A stretch of 52,144 nucleotides of DNA from a virus (IMGVR_UViG_3300024042_000034:1-52144); one strand, 5' to 3'; positions 35,685-45,686 are shown, counted from the stretch's first letter. Numbers and translations are program-made. Notes: generated by a model not told the origin, from the sequence alone.

Positions 35685-36455
35685 TTACCCCTCCTCTACA
35701 TTAAAATTCCCACTGGAAAGCTGTTTCAATAATCGTTGCGCTTCCTCAGGCGATACTTTTTCGTTTAGTGATTGATCCTTGGTTGTGATGTCCAATTTAT
35801 CTTTAAACATACCTCTGACACGCATTAAACGATCCATTGCGGCATCAGCTGCGTAAAGTTCTACTTCCAAACCATTCTTGCCGTATTTGAAAGATTTAAT
35901 GATACCACGCTCTTTATCTGCCAATAGCTTTGGCATGTCAACCTCGACTTGGGGAACCAACTCAGGCTCCCCATCGACATACCGGTAAGCGTCCGGATTG
36001 TGTTTCAACTCAATTGAATATTTTAGGATCTTATCCTGGATAGGCTCTACAACATTGGTTTGAAAATCATCGTACTGATCTTCAGTATATCCTTTCTCAG
36101 CGCAAAACTCTTCTTGAAGTATTAGATTGAATTCGAGATCGCTTATGATATCCCTAAGCCCTTTCTTTACCCTTGGTCGATACTCAACCATTCGAGTTAT
36201 CATATAGTCAGCAAGGTTGCCTTTGGCGATATCTGCCGTCTTTTTGGTAAGTTCCTCAGCTGTAAGGGTTAGTTGATCTAAGCGAATCTTAATTTCTTCG
36301 GAAATATTAGGTTTTCTTAGGTTCTCATGTCCAACAACAGCTGCAGTCTTCTCGCTATATCCAGCACGAATAGCAGCCTGCGTTGCATTGAAATCTTTGC
36401 AATACTCTTCAACAAACCTACGTTGATTCACTGTCAACTTCGCTTCCTCACTCAT
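35685..36455 (-). CDS. terS: Terminase small subunit
   Basis: LT..Q.RFVEEY..DFNATQAAIRAGYS N-terminus. Confidence 0.92.
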   Translation of the reverse strand: MSEEAKLTVNQRRFVEEYCKDFNATQAAIRAGYSEKTAAVVGHENLRKPNISEEIKIRLDQLTLTAEELTKKTADIAKGNLADYMITRMVEYRPRVKKGLRDIISDLEFNLILQEEFCAEKGYTEDQYDDFQTNVVEPIQDKILKYSIELKHNPDAYRYVDGEPELVPQVEVDMPKLLADKERGIIKSFKYGKNGLEVELYAADAAMDRLMRVRGMFKDKLDITTKDQSLNEKVSPEEAQRLLKQLSSGNFNVEEG

Positions 36456-36837
36456 CTCCCCTAACCTCCTCTAAAATTTCGTTTACTGTATCTTTTGCCC
36501 AAACTGTTTTGGTGTAGTAAAACCTACATTGTTCAAGCTTCTTGGCTATAGCCTGTTTACTTACGCCAAGAATCTCCGCAATAGTCAAAGCAACGCCTTT
36601 TCGTATCATTGTATCAGCATGAATAGATTCAGGTGAACAAAGCAAAAGAACTGCTGTTGTTGCTATCAGTCTGACTCTCCAAACTTCCTCGCTCCTGAGA
36701 TACGCTATATTCACCACACGTTCTACCAATTCAGGTGTGCAAGGAATCGACTGTAGTTTATCGGTTACCTCCTGGTACACATCTGGGTGATGTGATGAAA
36801 GGTATTTGGCAATATTATCTCCGGTGCGGTTACTCAT
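36448..36837 (-). CDS. HTH protein, candidate late transcriptional activator
   Basis: ATG 36837 is ATGA-coupled to VRR-NUC (track start 36936); C-terminal TIAEILGVSKQAIAKKL HTH; directly upstream of terS. Confidence 0.55.
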   Translation of the reverse strand: MSNRTGDNIAKYLSSHHPDVYQEVTDKLQSIPCTPELVERVVNIAYLRSEEVWRVRLIATTAVLLLCSPESIHADTMIRKGVALTIAEILGVSKQAIAKKLEQCRFYYTKTVWAKDTVNEILEEVRGDE

Positions 36838-37226
36838 GCTGTAAACTCCTTTCCTGGATTTATGATAGCTTTGAAATGCACTTGGAACTCCCACAACTCT
36901 CTCACTACTTTCACTGAAATCCCATTGGCTTCCCAAATATAATGAAGATCGGATTGAACTTTGCTCACTGTGCCAGTTAGTGTTTTCACCTCAAATCCGT
37001 ATGTCTGACCATTCCAAATAAAAAGTAGATCAGGAACACCAGCAATAACACCAGAAGCTTTGAATTGCATGCCCTCTCTTGCAGAGCGATTGCCACCATT
37101 AGGAACATGGAAAAGCAAACGACGTGTTTGTGGATATGTATTCCATGCCCACTGAAACATTTCAGTTTGAATCTGAATTTCGGATTTGTCCAACTGTTGG
37201 GTGATATTGTTTGATATTCTACTCAT
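36834..37226 (-). CDS. VRR-NUC domain nuclease
   Basis: E..IQ, FHVPNGG, GV.AGVPDL, EVK...G..S..Q motifs (track start 37256). Confidence 0.9.
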   Translation of the reverse strand: MSRISNNITQQLDKSEIQIQTEMFQWAWNTYPQTRRLLFHVPNGGNRSAREGMQFKASGVIAGVPDLLFIWNGQTYGFEVKTLTGTVSKVQSDLHYIWEANGISVKVVRELWEFQVHFKAIINPGKEFTA

Positions 37227-37377
37227 AACTTTAAATCTAGAAATAGGAGCCTTCACCCTTGACTGATCCGGCCCCCATTAACATACACAAAGTAAAAATA
37301 CAACATAACATTATATAACACAAATGATATGTAAAAAAAGGTTGGGGAGGGAGTCAAAACAGTGGAAATTCGGGTTT

Positions 37378-37720
37378 TCTTACAAAACGATAAGGTCGTC
37401 TTACAAAACGAAAATGGTTAAAAACGAGGAATGGAAGATGTGAGAGGGGTTTTCCTATCGTCTTACAAAATATACCCCTGTTTTCATAACTTTACTATAG
37501 AATATAATTTACATATACATCTTGTTTTTATGCAAACGTTTGCGTGTTATAACATATATATAGCAATTTTTAATAATTGTTTTTTTTAATAAAAAAAGGG
37601 TATTATTTTGTAAGATAGGTAAAAATATTGGTTTAAAGGCTGTGAAGGCTGTTTTTTCTTACAAAACGTTTTGTAATATACCTGTAAGAACCTGTAATAT
37701 GCTGTAATATTTTGTAAGAA
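37378..37720. repeat. Iteron-like TCTTACAAAA repeats in an AT-rich intergenic region; putative replication origin
   Basis: Direct copies at 37378, 37399, 37461, 37657; inverted copies at 37606, 37710; palindrome TTACAAAACGTTTTGTAA; ~10 bp periodic TGTAA run 37671-37720. Confidence 0.7.
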
Positions 37721-37866
37721 ATGGCTAATTTCACTTTTTTTTGGTGGTGTGGTGAAAAAGTTGTAAAGCAGGAGAACGGTTGTTAATTTGTCGTTTAATT
37801 TGACTTTCCACAATGTTTGTTTATGAGTATATTTGGTAGTAAGTGGAGTAATAAAACTATTGTAAT

Positions 37867-38076
37867 ATGATTATAAAAGCGGAATATTTTGGAATAGCAC
37901 GCGACTTGCTAAAACAGAAAAAAGCTAAAGGAGAAACCCAAATTTCAAGGGGTGAATTGAAGTTTTATACGCCAACTGAAGCGACGAAAATATTTGGAGC
38001 AATTGAGATACTTTGTGATACTAAGCCCGGTATCTTGCGTATTAAAAAACATCTAATCGACAAAGATACAAAATAG
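37867..38076 (+). CDS. Hypothetical protein
   Basis: 69 aa with a TATATTTG -7 box at 37828-37835. Confidence 0.5.
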   Translation: MIIKAEYFGIARDLLKQKKAKGETQISRGELKFYTPTEATKIFGAIEILCDTKPGILRIKKHLIDKDTK

Positions 38077-38104
38077 ACTATAATTGAGTTTTTCCCTGAG
38101 AAAT

Positions 38105-38132
38105 AAAAAAGCCCCAACTTTTCAGAAGGGGC
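38105..38132 (-). terminator. Intrinsic terminator
   Basis: GCCCC/GGGGC stem followed by a T tract on the - strand after 38170. Confidence 0.65.
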
Positions 38133-38169
38133 CGTATTGGGAAGTTATGAAGATATTTGCTGGTAGCGA

Positions 38170-38604
38170 TTACTCTATGAGCTTAACCCAACCATACTCT
38201 ATTTGCTTTTCGATAGATAATCCCGTCCACGGAATAGCGTAGCCTTTAGATCTGAGGTAATCTATAATATCCAAAACTCTTAATGTAGGTTTGCTATCTG
38301 TTAAAGCGAAATAATTAAGGTCGTCATAATCCTTATAGAGAGGTGTAAGCCATCTTTTTACTAGCATTATACCGCCTTCCGAATTATCATATCCTACCAA
38401 TGGTCTAATATATTCCAAATCTTCATTTGTAATATCTTTTAATGATTTAAGTGTGGCATACCATCCCGTAAGATCACCTTTGCTCGTACTTAAAGCAGTT
38501 TGCAATGTTTCTTGTCCATGCCAAACGAAATCATCATTTGAAATGCAATTTACACCCCAATAGAGAGAAAAAAACTTTTGCCTGTTTTGGCTTGAATTAT
38601 CCAT
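38170..38604 (-). CDS. Hypothetical phage protein
   Basis: 144 aa with LKSLKDIT and DYLRSKGYA motifs. Confidence 0.75.
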   Translation of the reverse strand: MDNSSQNRQKFFSLYWGVNCISNDDFVWHGQETLQTALSTSKGDLTGWYATLKSLKDITNEDLEYIRPLVGYDNSEGGIMLVKRWLTPLYKDYDDLNYFALTDSKPTLRVLDIIDYLRSKGYAIPWTGLSIEKQIEYGWVKLIE

Positions 38605-38782
38605 TTTCGGACTCCTTTCCGTAAACTGGCGCCACAGTTACTGCATAGTTGTTCGGCAAATACTGAACAAGATGCTGATCGCATAATTCAGTATAATCAT
38701 CAGGTTTACCCGAATAAATAATTGTTCTTGTTGCGTTTTGATTGCAATCAATATGGCAACAGTGGTTTTTAATATTTTCCAT
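38597..38782 (-). CDS. Small Cys/His protein
   Basis: 61 aa; CCHIDC...LCDQH possible zinc ligands. Confidence 0.6.
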   Translation of the reverse strand: MENIKNHCCHIDCNQNATRTIIYSGKPDDYTELCDQHLVQYLPNNYAVTVAPVYGKESENG

Positions 38783-38882
38783 TTCTTTCGTCTCTTTTAG
38801 TTATTACTTTAATTGCTATTAGCATTATTACTGATACCGCTAAGGCTACCAATACATCTGGGCTTGGGTTATTCATACTCAT
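38769..38882 (-). CDS. Small single-TM peptide (37 aa, absent from ORF track)
   Basis: MSMNNPSPDVLVALAVSVIMLIAIKVITKRDERNGKY; fills the gap and overlaps the next start. Confidence 0.55.
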   Translation of the reverse strand: MSMNNPSPDVLVALAVSVIMLIAIKVITKRDERNGKY

Positions 38883-38920
38883 ATTTTTTAACAAGGCGGC
38901 TTTTAGACCTCCCTTTTGGT

Positions 38921-39250
38921 TTAACCTTTAATTTTCTTGTACAGAGCATTTATTGCTGTCCGATTTGTTTCGGGCTCACCTCGTTCAGAGGAAAGCCAGT
39001 ACGCTTCCTGGAGTATCTTAGTCAGCAATTCAGTCTCAATCTCATCAAAATATAATGGCTCCTTATTATCCATAAGTGAAACCTCATACGTGTATTTCTT
39101 TCTTTTGCTGTGAACGATGGTTGTTTCACCAGTACCAAGTTGTTCAATTGTTATACTGGTGGGTTCCTTTGCTATGACAATAAATTCTTTACCCCAAATC
39201 TTGCCGTCAAAAGTGAACTTTTGCCCTATCTGTAATTCGTAAAATTTCAT
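38921..39250 (-). CDS. Hypothetical protein
   Basis: 109 aa ORF. Confidence 0.65.
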   Translation of the reverse strand: MKFYELQIGQKFTFDGKIWGKEFIVIAKEPTSITIEQLGTGETTIVHSKRKKYTYEVSLMDNKEPLYFDEIETELLTKILQEAYWLSSERGEPETNRTAINALYKKIKG

Positions 39251-39505
39251 ATTCTAGTGTGTTTAAAAATGGCCCTCAAAATAGAGAGCCAAACCGGTTT
39301 TTAAATCCTAATCGCAAACTCAATAAATATCAGTCTGCGCAGTTCCTCTAAAGATCACGGCGCTCTGGGAAGGCATACGACCTTTCTGTGGTACGCCATG
39401 TGTAACGATCCGTCAAGGTGGATCAGTTTAATTCCGTATTGTTGCTGTAAAGTGTGTATGTTCATTTTTAGATCGGGCAAAGCCCTGTGCTTTCGTGAAT
39501 AAAAA

Positions 39506-39844
39506 TTAATCAGGGAAGTATACTCCCAGAAGTAGGCCGAGAAGTATGCATAGTGAGAATATTATTGCACCAATTACAAATAATGCTTTCTCTGACTGCA
39601 TAAATTCGTTCCACTTGTCACCCATTACCTGTACGCGGAAAACCAACCGTCTCCAAATACTTCGTATTCTACGCATCAGATATTCCATTCTTGTAGTTGG
39701 CTTAAACTTATTCTTTTGCCAGGCCTGTTGGAGGCGCGAAAGGCGATCGGCAACTTCGTCACGATCAGTACGATCATTCGTTGCATCCCATACCTTTGGT
39801 GGCTGGATCTGATCCAACCTACCATTAACTTCCCGGGTGCTCAT
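39506..39844 (-). CDS. Hypothetical protein with C-terminal TM helix
   Basis: 112 aa; ALFVIGAIIFSLCILLGLLLGVYF. Confidence 0.7.
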   Translation of the reverse strand: MSTREVNGRLDQIQPPKVWDATNDRTDRDEVADRLSRLQQAWQKNKFKPTTRMEYLMRRIRSIWRRLVFRVQVMGDKWNEFMQSEKALFVIGAIIFSLCILLGLLLGVYFPD

Positions 39845-40143
39845 GCGGTTATCTTTAACCAGGTTTCAAAATCGGGTTTTTCAAGAGAGCTTGCAGATAA
39901 CTCTACTCGGCAACATGGGCATTCGTTATGAGCTTCTGCCGGATCTTCCCAGCTGCCTCCTGCATCTTCTACATAAACCAATTGATCTTCGCTCACAGAA
40001 GAATCACAGAAAGGACAAATAGTTGTGTGGTTATCAATTTGGTATTCTTCGTGCATTGCGATTGCTTCATCCAATCCAATGTCACCCACTACCTCTTTTA
40101 CAGATTTGTGGATTTCGGTTAAAATTTCGTTACTTTGCATCAC
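39841..40143 (-). CDS. Zinc-ribbon protein
   Basis: CPFC...CPCC, 100 aa. Confidence 0.7.
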   Translation of the reverse strand: MMQSNEILTEIHKSVKEVVGDIGLDEAIAMHEEYQIDNHTTICPFCDSSVSEDQLVYVEDAGGSWEDPAEAHNECPCCRVELSASSLEKPDFETWLKITA

Positions 40144-40150
40144 GTTTAAA

Positions 40151-40207
40151 TTCTTTGTTAGAGATTTTTTACTAGCGGTTAGTTAGGATTGCCCTCCTTC
40201 TAACCGC
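40151..40207 (-). promoter_or_regulatory. Repeated leader element, copy B
   Basis: Minus strand GCGGTTAG-AAGGAGGGCAATCCTAA-CTAACCGC then AAAAAATCTCTAACAAAGAA. Confidence 0.7.
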
Positions 40208-40285
40208 GCTTTTTTTACAGTACATCTAGGTGACTGCTTTCACCTTTTTGTCAAACTTGGGTACCGTTGTACCGTTTTGACAATA

Positions 40286-40330
40286 CAAACTTATTAAACA
40301 TTTTAAACTTTTCAAACATTTTAAACAATT
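40286..40330 (-). promoter_or_regulatory. Promoter (TAAGTTTG) with AAACATTT repeat array
   Basis: -7 box 40286-40293; TAAACATTT-like units 40295-40330. Confidence 0.65.
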
Positions 40331-40379
40331 AGTTTGTAAATAACTGTATTTCAATAAGAAAAAATCACCCGTGGAGTTA

Positions 40380-42941
40380 TCAAAACGGAAATCCATCATC
40401 TTCCACCAATTCTCCAGAATATTCACCGTTAAAAATATGCACACGTTTTGTTCCTTGATTAGGTATATACCTCGGTTGCGAATGTTCAAGTTGCAAACCA
40501 TATCGCTCGCAGAACTCTTTCACTGCATTGGATAGTGTCTTTTGAGAAAGCTTGTATTTCTCTTTCAATTCACCCGATACATACTCATCATACTGCCTTT
40601 GGAATACTGCTGACTCTACATAATCCATTTTTAGCCAATTGGTGATATTGTCCTTGAAAAACTCCAAAGTCTTTTCCCCGTATTGATTCGAGAACTTTTT
40701 GTCCCAACCGATATCGGATAGTTCAACAAGTTCCAATTTTCCATTTTGAGCCAAGTTGTACTGAATAGAGCCAATAACGAATTCATCAAAACCTTTCCAA
40801 TCTTCTTTTGTAAATCCAGACGGGAACATCTTCCCATGTACCACATCAACCCCACCATGAATTGTGTAGTAATCTGTGAACTCCACAGGACGGATACGTC
40901 TCTTTAATCCACCATCTAGATCTTCATAAGAATAGTTGGTATTGATAAGTATCTTAGGCATATCTTCAGGATTTACCTCTTTTTCATCCTTATACAACTT
41001 TTTAAGCAATCCGTACCCTGTCGTCTGTTCTTTCAAGAAAAGCCAGTCTATTTTTTTGGCGATATCTGCGAGGAAAAATACACGTTGTCCATTCCAAGGT
41101 TGTAGGAATTTCTCGTTGAATTGAATCATGGTGCCAGGTACCGTACAAACTGATGTCATTTCTCGAAGTATGTTACCGAAAATATTCTTTCCGGATCCAC
41201 CACCGTCTTTCGGGTTGATAACCATTTCCTGCATGACAATTAAATAACCGGCCGACTCTGACTTAAAATCATGTGACAGATATCCAATTACATTACGGAT
41301 ATAATCTTTAACATTGCCCTGTGTGTCGGTGCCAGTTGCATTTTTAAGATAGGTCTGGAATAACTGAGACGGAACCACACTATCATCTTGGTAATTTCTA
41401 CCCAACATTCGATCAGTCCATATCAAGCCGTCCAACTCAGAATAATCAACTTTACGAATGGAATCTGCTGTAATACGGATCGCAACGTTATTGTAGAACT
41501 TATAACAAGCATCAGCTGAGTCCCGGATTATATCTGAATCATCAAATCTTTCCAAACGATTATCCATGATAAACTTTCCAGACGATTGGATAAATTTTTC
41601 GTAGGCGTTGCATATATCCCTGTACTCCTTGGGGTCCTCCTCTTGGATATACTCTTTCATATTATCGAAGAAGGTCATAACATCGACTCGATCAACGAAT
41701 TTACCATTGATCTGTATTGCTGCCTGACGATAAGAGCGGAACCCAAGGTTTTTTGCAATATTTAGAAAATCCTCTCGACTAATCCTGATTTTATGTTCTT
41801 CATCATATTCCCAAAAAACACCATACGGATGCTGCTGGGCAAACTGCTCTTGCAATCGTAGGAAATCCTGTTTCGCTTCCTCGGAAAAATTTGGAGGGAT
41901 GGCGGCCTGTCCATTGATTACAGCTTTCTTGACCAATGACTGCTCAACGTTACGCTTTACCTGCCCGAATCCGCCTTGTACCAATTCACGAAAAGCCGCT
42001 TTCTTATCTCCGTTGTGCGTGAACTCGGCAAATAGAGTAGCCGGGTTGTAGCCTCTCTTTTCGTCCAAATCCGTTGAGGTGGTGAAAATAAAAAACACTC
42101 GCTTTTCACGGTTGAATGAAGCCGAAACACCATCCTCCTTACCCGGGCGTGTAAACCAAATAAAGCGTGCGTTTTCCCGAAGGAACTTCCACCCCTGAGA
42201 CTCCATGAGTTGCACGGGATCACACTGGTTATTGAAATCCTCAAATGGATTAGTAGTGTAAATCGAATCCTGTGTCTGTGTAAGCTTAGGCGATGGGGCC
42301 ACCTTGGTGATCTCACAGTAACTCTGACATAAATTGATCAATGAACAACGCTCTTCCCAAGTAATTACTGGAATAGGGTTATTTTGGTGAACAGTGTAAC
42401 CCAATGAAGGGGGAAAAAGAAAATAGCCGCCTTCGCCACGGGTTTCCAGGAAGTTCACCGTTTTGGTTGGCTTCCGTTTACCAGACGCATAATCCGCCTG
42501 TAATTCCTCGTCAGTCTTCATTCGCCCCGCAAGCTTTATGTTCCCCTGTGGTGCATGGTCGGCGATGCGGTATAAGATATGATAACCTCCGGAAGGTGTG
42601 CGGTGGATCCTTAGCCGAGCGTAAAGGTGTGGATAGAATTTTGCTATGTCACTAAGCAAAATTGCATCAATACCCGGATAATATTTTGAGTCAATATCAA
42701 TACACTCCAAGTTACCAGACACAACGCCACAGACGGCTGCAATTGCGGTAGTGTTCTTCTGCTCCATGACATACCACAACTCCCCCTCTTCGGCCACGCG
42801 CTGTTGAGCATCGGCCCACGATCCATAAGGAGTTTTTGCTGGACGGCTTGCATCAGCTTCCTCACGTACTGGAATTAGTGATATCCCATCATTCACCAAC
42901 TCGGAAATCATTGGCCATATTTTCCCTAATTCAACCCCCAT
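40380..42941 (-). CDS. Bifunctional primase-polymerase fused to a P-loop helicase
   Basis: N-terminal IDID and TPSGGYH Prim-Pol motifs; C-terminal Walker A GGSGKN, ILINTN, RRI. Confidence 0.88.
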   Translation of the reverse strand: MGVELGKIWPMISELVNDGISLIPVREEADASRPAKTPYGSWADAQQRVAEEGELWYVMEQKNTTAIAAVCGVVSGNLECIDIDSKYYPGIDAILLSDIAKFYPHLYARLRIHRTPSGGYHILYRIADHAPQGNIKLAGRMKTDEELQADYASGKRKPTKTVNFLETRGEGGYFLFPPSLGYTVHQNNPIPVITWEERCSLINLCQSYCEITKVAPSPKLTQTQDSIYTTNPFEDFNNQCDPVQLMESQGWKFLRENARFIWFTRPGKEDGVSASFNREKRVFFIFTTSTDLDEKRGYNPATLFAEFTHNGDKKAAFRELVQGGFGQVKRNVEQSLVKKAVINGQAAIPPNFSEEAKQDFLRLQEQFAQQHPYGVFWEYDEEHKIRISREDFLNIAKNLGFRSYRQAAIQINGKFVDRVDVMTFFDNMKEYIQEEDPKEYRDICNAYEKFIQSSGKFIMDNRLERFDDSDIIRDSADACYKFYNNVAIRITADSIRKVDYSELDGLIWTDRMLGRNYQDDSVVPSQLFQTYLKNATGTDTQGNVKDYIRNVIGYLSHDFKSESAGYLIVMQEMVINPKDGGGSGKNIFGNILREMTSVCTVPGTMIQFNEKFLQPWNGQRVFFLADIAKKIDWLFLKEQTTGYGLLKKLYKDEKEVNPEDMPKILINTNYSYEDLDGGLKRRIRPVEFTDYYTIHGGVDVVHGKMFPSGFTKEDWKGFDEFVIGSIQYNLAQNGKLELVELSDIGWDKKFSNQYGEKTLEFFKDNITNWLKMDYVESAVFQRQYDEYVSGELKEKYKLSQKTLSNAVKEFCERYGLQLEHSQPRYIPNQGTKRVHIFNGEYSGELVEDDGFPF

Positions 42942-42942
42942 C

Positions 42943-44418
42943 TTATCGTAATTGTATGTCTGTAAATTCTATTGTATTTGCTCCTATCATTCGAGATTGA
43001 ATATCTACCCAAGTAGACTTGTACCCCATTGCTGCTCCGAAAGCGGAAAGAAATCCCTTTTGCACCTGCTCTTTAGCTTTGGCAACACGGGTTGCAAAAA
43101 CCTGCTTCTTCTTCATCTTGGCGTAAATAGCAAGTTCTGCCGGCGTGAGCTCGCTGATCTTCCGGCCGACCAGATTCGTGTAATGACTAGTGACTTCCAC
43201 CAACTCCCCTTGCTCCAATTCCTTTTCTGTAAGTGGTCTTTCGTGTCCGCAGAATGGGCAGATACGCTGAGTGGTTGATATGATGGATTCGCATTCAGGG
43301 CATAGGGCAACAGGGGCAACGCCTTCGCCTTTTTTCCCTTTAGGTGGAGGAGTTTTCCATAGAGTTTTGTAATCCCTATCCTCAAAATACAGTCCATGCC
43401 TTAGATAATTTTCGCCGTAGTCAAGAGTTATAAAATGATTCTTGACACCAAAAATTACACGAGACCCTCTTCCTAATTCTTGCTGATAAACTGGTAATGA
43501 TAATGTGGCATGATTTAATACAACAAGATCAATAGGCTTAAAATCCCATCCTTTACTTAAACTTTTAATGGTAACCATAATGTTAGTCAATCCGAGTTCT
43601 GTAAACTTAGCCATCTCATACCTACCGTGTTCGGTTTTTGAATGATAACATGAAGCTGCAAATCCGTTATCGTTAAGTTTCTTGCTTAATTCATTAGCAT
43701 GTTTTATTGATGCAACAAATATTACACACTTATTGAATGGATATGATCTAAGATCTTCAAACAAACCATCGTATACCACAGAATTGTTAAATGCTATATC
43801 CTGAGATTTCTCAGTATACTCTCCATTCCTAACTTCCAATAGATCAAGGTTTGATCTAGTACGTGCAATGTGCTGATATGAACATAGAAACCCCATCTGT
43901 ATCAATTCGTCCACTTGAGGCCCTTCTACCAAATCATTATATATTTCAGGCAAATGAGGCGAATACTTGCAGTAGGGAGTTGCAGTAAAACCAATTAAAT
44001 ACACACCAGCGTCCCTTAGTTGAATTAATGTATCATACCCATTTCTAATGTGACATTCATCGACCATAACTATCAATTTACGGCCCAGTGCTTTCAATTG
44101 TTCTAAGATTAAAGGTCGCCTTTGAAGTGTTTGAATCATTCCAACGTAGCACTTACCTAAGCTTATTGATCTATGTTTAACTTTTGAGTTTATCTCTATA
44201 CCACTACATTCATCAACAAGCTGGTCATAAATTTTTCTCGTTTCTGACAACACTAACACAGTATTACCTTTAATAATACCTCGGAACGCTATATTGCTAA
44301 TTATTACAGATTTACCCCCGCCAGTAGGCGCATGAGCTATAATGCTTTGGTTTTCCTTTAAAGATTTGACGATCCTAGATATCAAATCTTCTTGCCAATC
44401 GTATGGTTTCTTAATCAT
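42943..44418 (-). CDS. SF2 (DExH) helicase with C-terminal zinc finger
   Basis: APTGGGKS, DECH, GFTAT, Q..GRG.R, CPEC...CPFC. Confidence 0.92.
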   Translation of the reverse strand: MIKKPYDWQEDLISRIVKSLKENQSIIAHAPTGGGKSVIISNIAFRGIIKGNTVLVLSETRKIYDQLVDECSGIEINSKVKHRSISLGKCYVGMIQTLQRRPLILEQLKALGRKLIVMVDECHIRNGYDTLIQLRDAGVYLIGFTATPYCKYSPHLPEIYNDLVEGPQVDELIQMGFLCSYQHIARTRSNLDLLEVRNGEYTEKSQDIAFNNSVVYDGLFEDLRSYPFNKCVIFVASIKHANELSKKLNDNGFAASCYHSKTEHGRYEMAKFTELGLTNIMVTIKSLSKGWDFKPIDLVVLNHATLSLPVYQQELGRGSRVIFGVKNHFITLDYGENYLRHGLYFEDRDYKTLWKTPPPKGKKGEGVAPVALCPECESIISTTQRICPFCGHERPLTEKELEQGELVEVTSHYTNLVGRKISELTPAELAIYAKMKKKQVFATRVAKAKEQVQKGFLSAFGAAMGYKSTWVDIQSRMIGANTIEFTDIQLR

Positions 44419-45131
44419 AGCAATCTTAGATTTGATTTATTAGGGCGCTCACCCCGAAGAAATTTGTATAATGTAGACTGAGAAATACAATTCATTATTG
44501 CTGCCTCCCGAATAGTTGAATAGATCGTCCCAGTTTTTGTGTTCACAACTGATTTGGCTTTAGGATTGGCCCCACCTAAGAAAATAATCTTTTTAGATTC
44601 TGACATCCTGCGCTTAGACTGATCGCTGTGCTTCTTACCAAAGAATAAGTTGTCCGGCCCACTTTTACCTATACAGTCATTTATCCTCCTATAGTTGGCA
44701 TATGCATACTTCAACCCGTCTGATATAGCCTTTTTATGAGATTTGGGATATACATAGTATTTCCTTGCTTCTGATATCTTTGCTTTAGTCTCATCAGATA
44801 CAACAATACCCTTTGCATCAAGACATAGATTACATAAATTAGGATCATCCTTAAAAAGATCAATAAATAGTTGCTCCCTCTCGTCCAATCTTGAAATATC
44901 GCAAATATCAATTTCAAAAAAATAAGGGACGCCATATTTATTGAAGGCATTTTGAAGCTTAATGTTGCTATGTTTGCCTTTTCTTAGCTCACTTATATGT
45001 TGCCGATATCGCGCAAATAAGTTAACGGATTGCCCTACATAAAACTTTTGGAAGTCACCCCAAAGTATTAAGTAGATACCTGAAACACCTTCGTGTTCTT
45101 TGTAGGATATTTTTTTCAGCGTAACTTTCAT
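44415..45131 (-). CDS. GIY-YIG homing endonuclease with NUMOD3/NUMOD1-like domains
   Basis: SGIYLI...FYVGQS..L..R..QH; FFGKKHS..SK..MS; YSTIREAA. Confidence 0.9.
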   Translation of the reverse strand: MKVTLKKISYKEHEGVSGIYLILWGDFQKFYVGQSVNLFARYRQHISELRKGKHSNIKLQNAFNKYGVPYFFEIDICDISRLDEREQLFIDLFKDDPNLCNLCLDAKGIVVSDETKAKISEARKYYVYPKSHKKAISDGLKYAYANYRRINDCIGKSGPDNLFFGKKHSDQSKRRMSESKKIIFLGGANPKAKSVVNTKTGTIYSTIREAAIMNCISQSTLYKFLRGERPNKSNLRLL

Positions 45132-45209
45132 GCCACTACCTCACTTTCCGGTAGCGCGCAAAAAATCAATACAGTATTGTACATGTTCAAATTCTTTTAT
45201 GCCCTTGGG

Positions 45210-45268
45210 CTTTGTTAGAGATTTTTTAATGAAGCGGTGAAAGGGTTTGCCCTCCACAGTCACCGCTT
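45210..45268 (-). promoter_or_regulatory. Repeated leader element, copy C
   Basis: Minus strand AAGCGGTGA-CTGTGGAGGGCAAACCCTT-TCACCGCTT then AAAAAATCTCTAACAAAG. Confidence 0.7.
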
Positions 45269-45281
45269 TTAGTAATTGTGA

Positions 45282-45650
45282 CTAGAACGGTAGATCGTCG
45301 TCGTCGTCAACCGTGGCAACTGGTGCCGAATTACTCTGCAATGAGAAATCCTTGATATTGCCCAAGATCGGTTGTGCTGCCTTCAAAGCATCTGGCGTTT
45401 CTTTCAATGATTTGTACACTTCACTTGGAAGCCCCTTGCTGATAAATCCATTTTGGCCGTATTGATCAGTTTCCTCGCGTACAGTCACACGAACATCCAT
45501 ATATACAGCGCCGTCTTTTTCAGTTAAGTGGTTGCCATCTATTGGCAGGAAAATACCACGAACGATTCCTGATTTACCTTTATTTTCAAGGATTACGGAT
45601 TGAGGGAGTTTTGTTAGGGCAATTGACCCGTTTAAATTTCTGTTAGACAT
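45282..45650 (-). CDS. Putative single-stranded DNA-binding protein
   Basis: 122 aa with an acidic DDDDDLPF tail; in the replication module. Confidence 0.7.
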   Translation of the reverse strand: MSNRNLNGSIALTKLPQSVILENKGKSGIVRGIFLPIDGNHLTEKDGAVYMDVRVTVREETDQYGQNGFISKGLPSEVYKSLKETPDALKAAQPILGNIKDFSLQSNSAPVATVDDDDDLPF

Positions 45651-45686
45651 TTTTATAAAAATTATTGAGTGAAAAAATTGTTATTA

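Noticed and set aside
39300-39500. Possible ncRNA or 36 aa ORF (MNIHTLQQQYG...) in the gap
   Set aside because: Only short hairpins and a weak ORF; insufficient support for either
39221-45040. Additional AGGGCAA matches (- strand) near 39221, 41314 and 45030
   Set aside because: Inside coding sequence, with no flanking stem or CTAACAAAG box noticed; treated as chance
44415-45131. Group I intron or intein housing the GIY-YIG gene
   Set aside because: Flanking SSB-like and helicase genes appear intact and the endonuclease is translationally coupled as a separate gene
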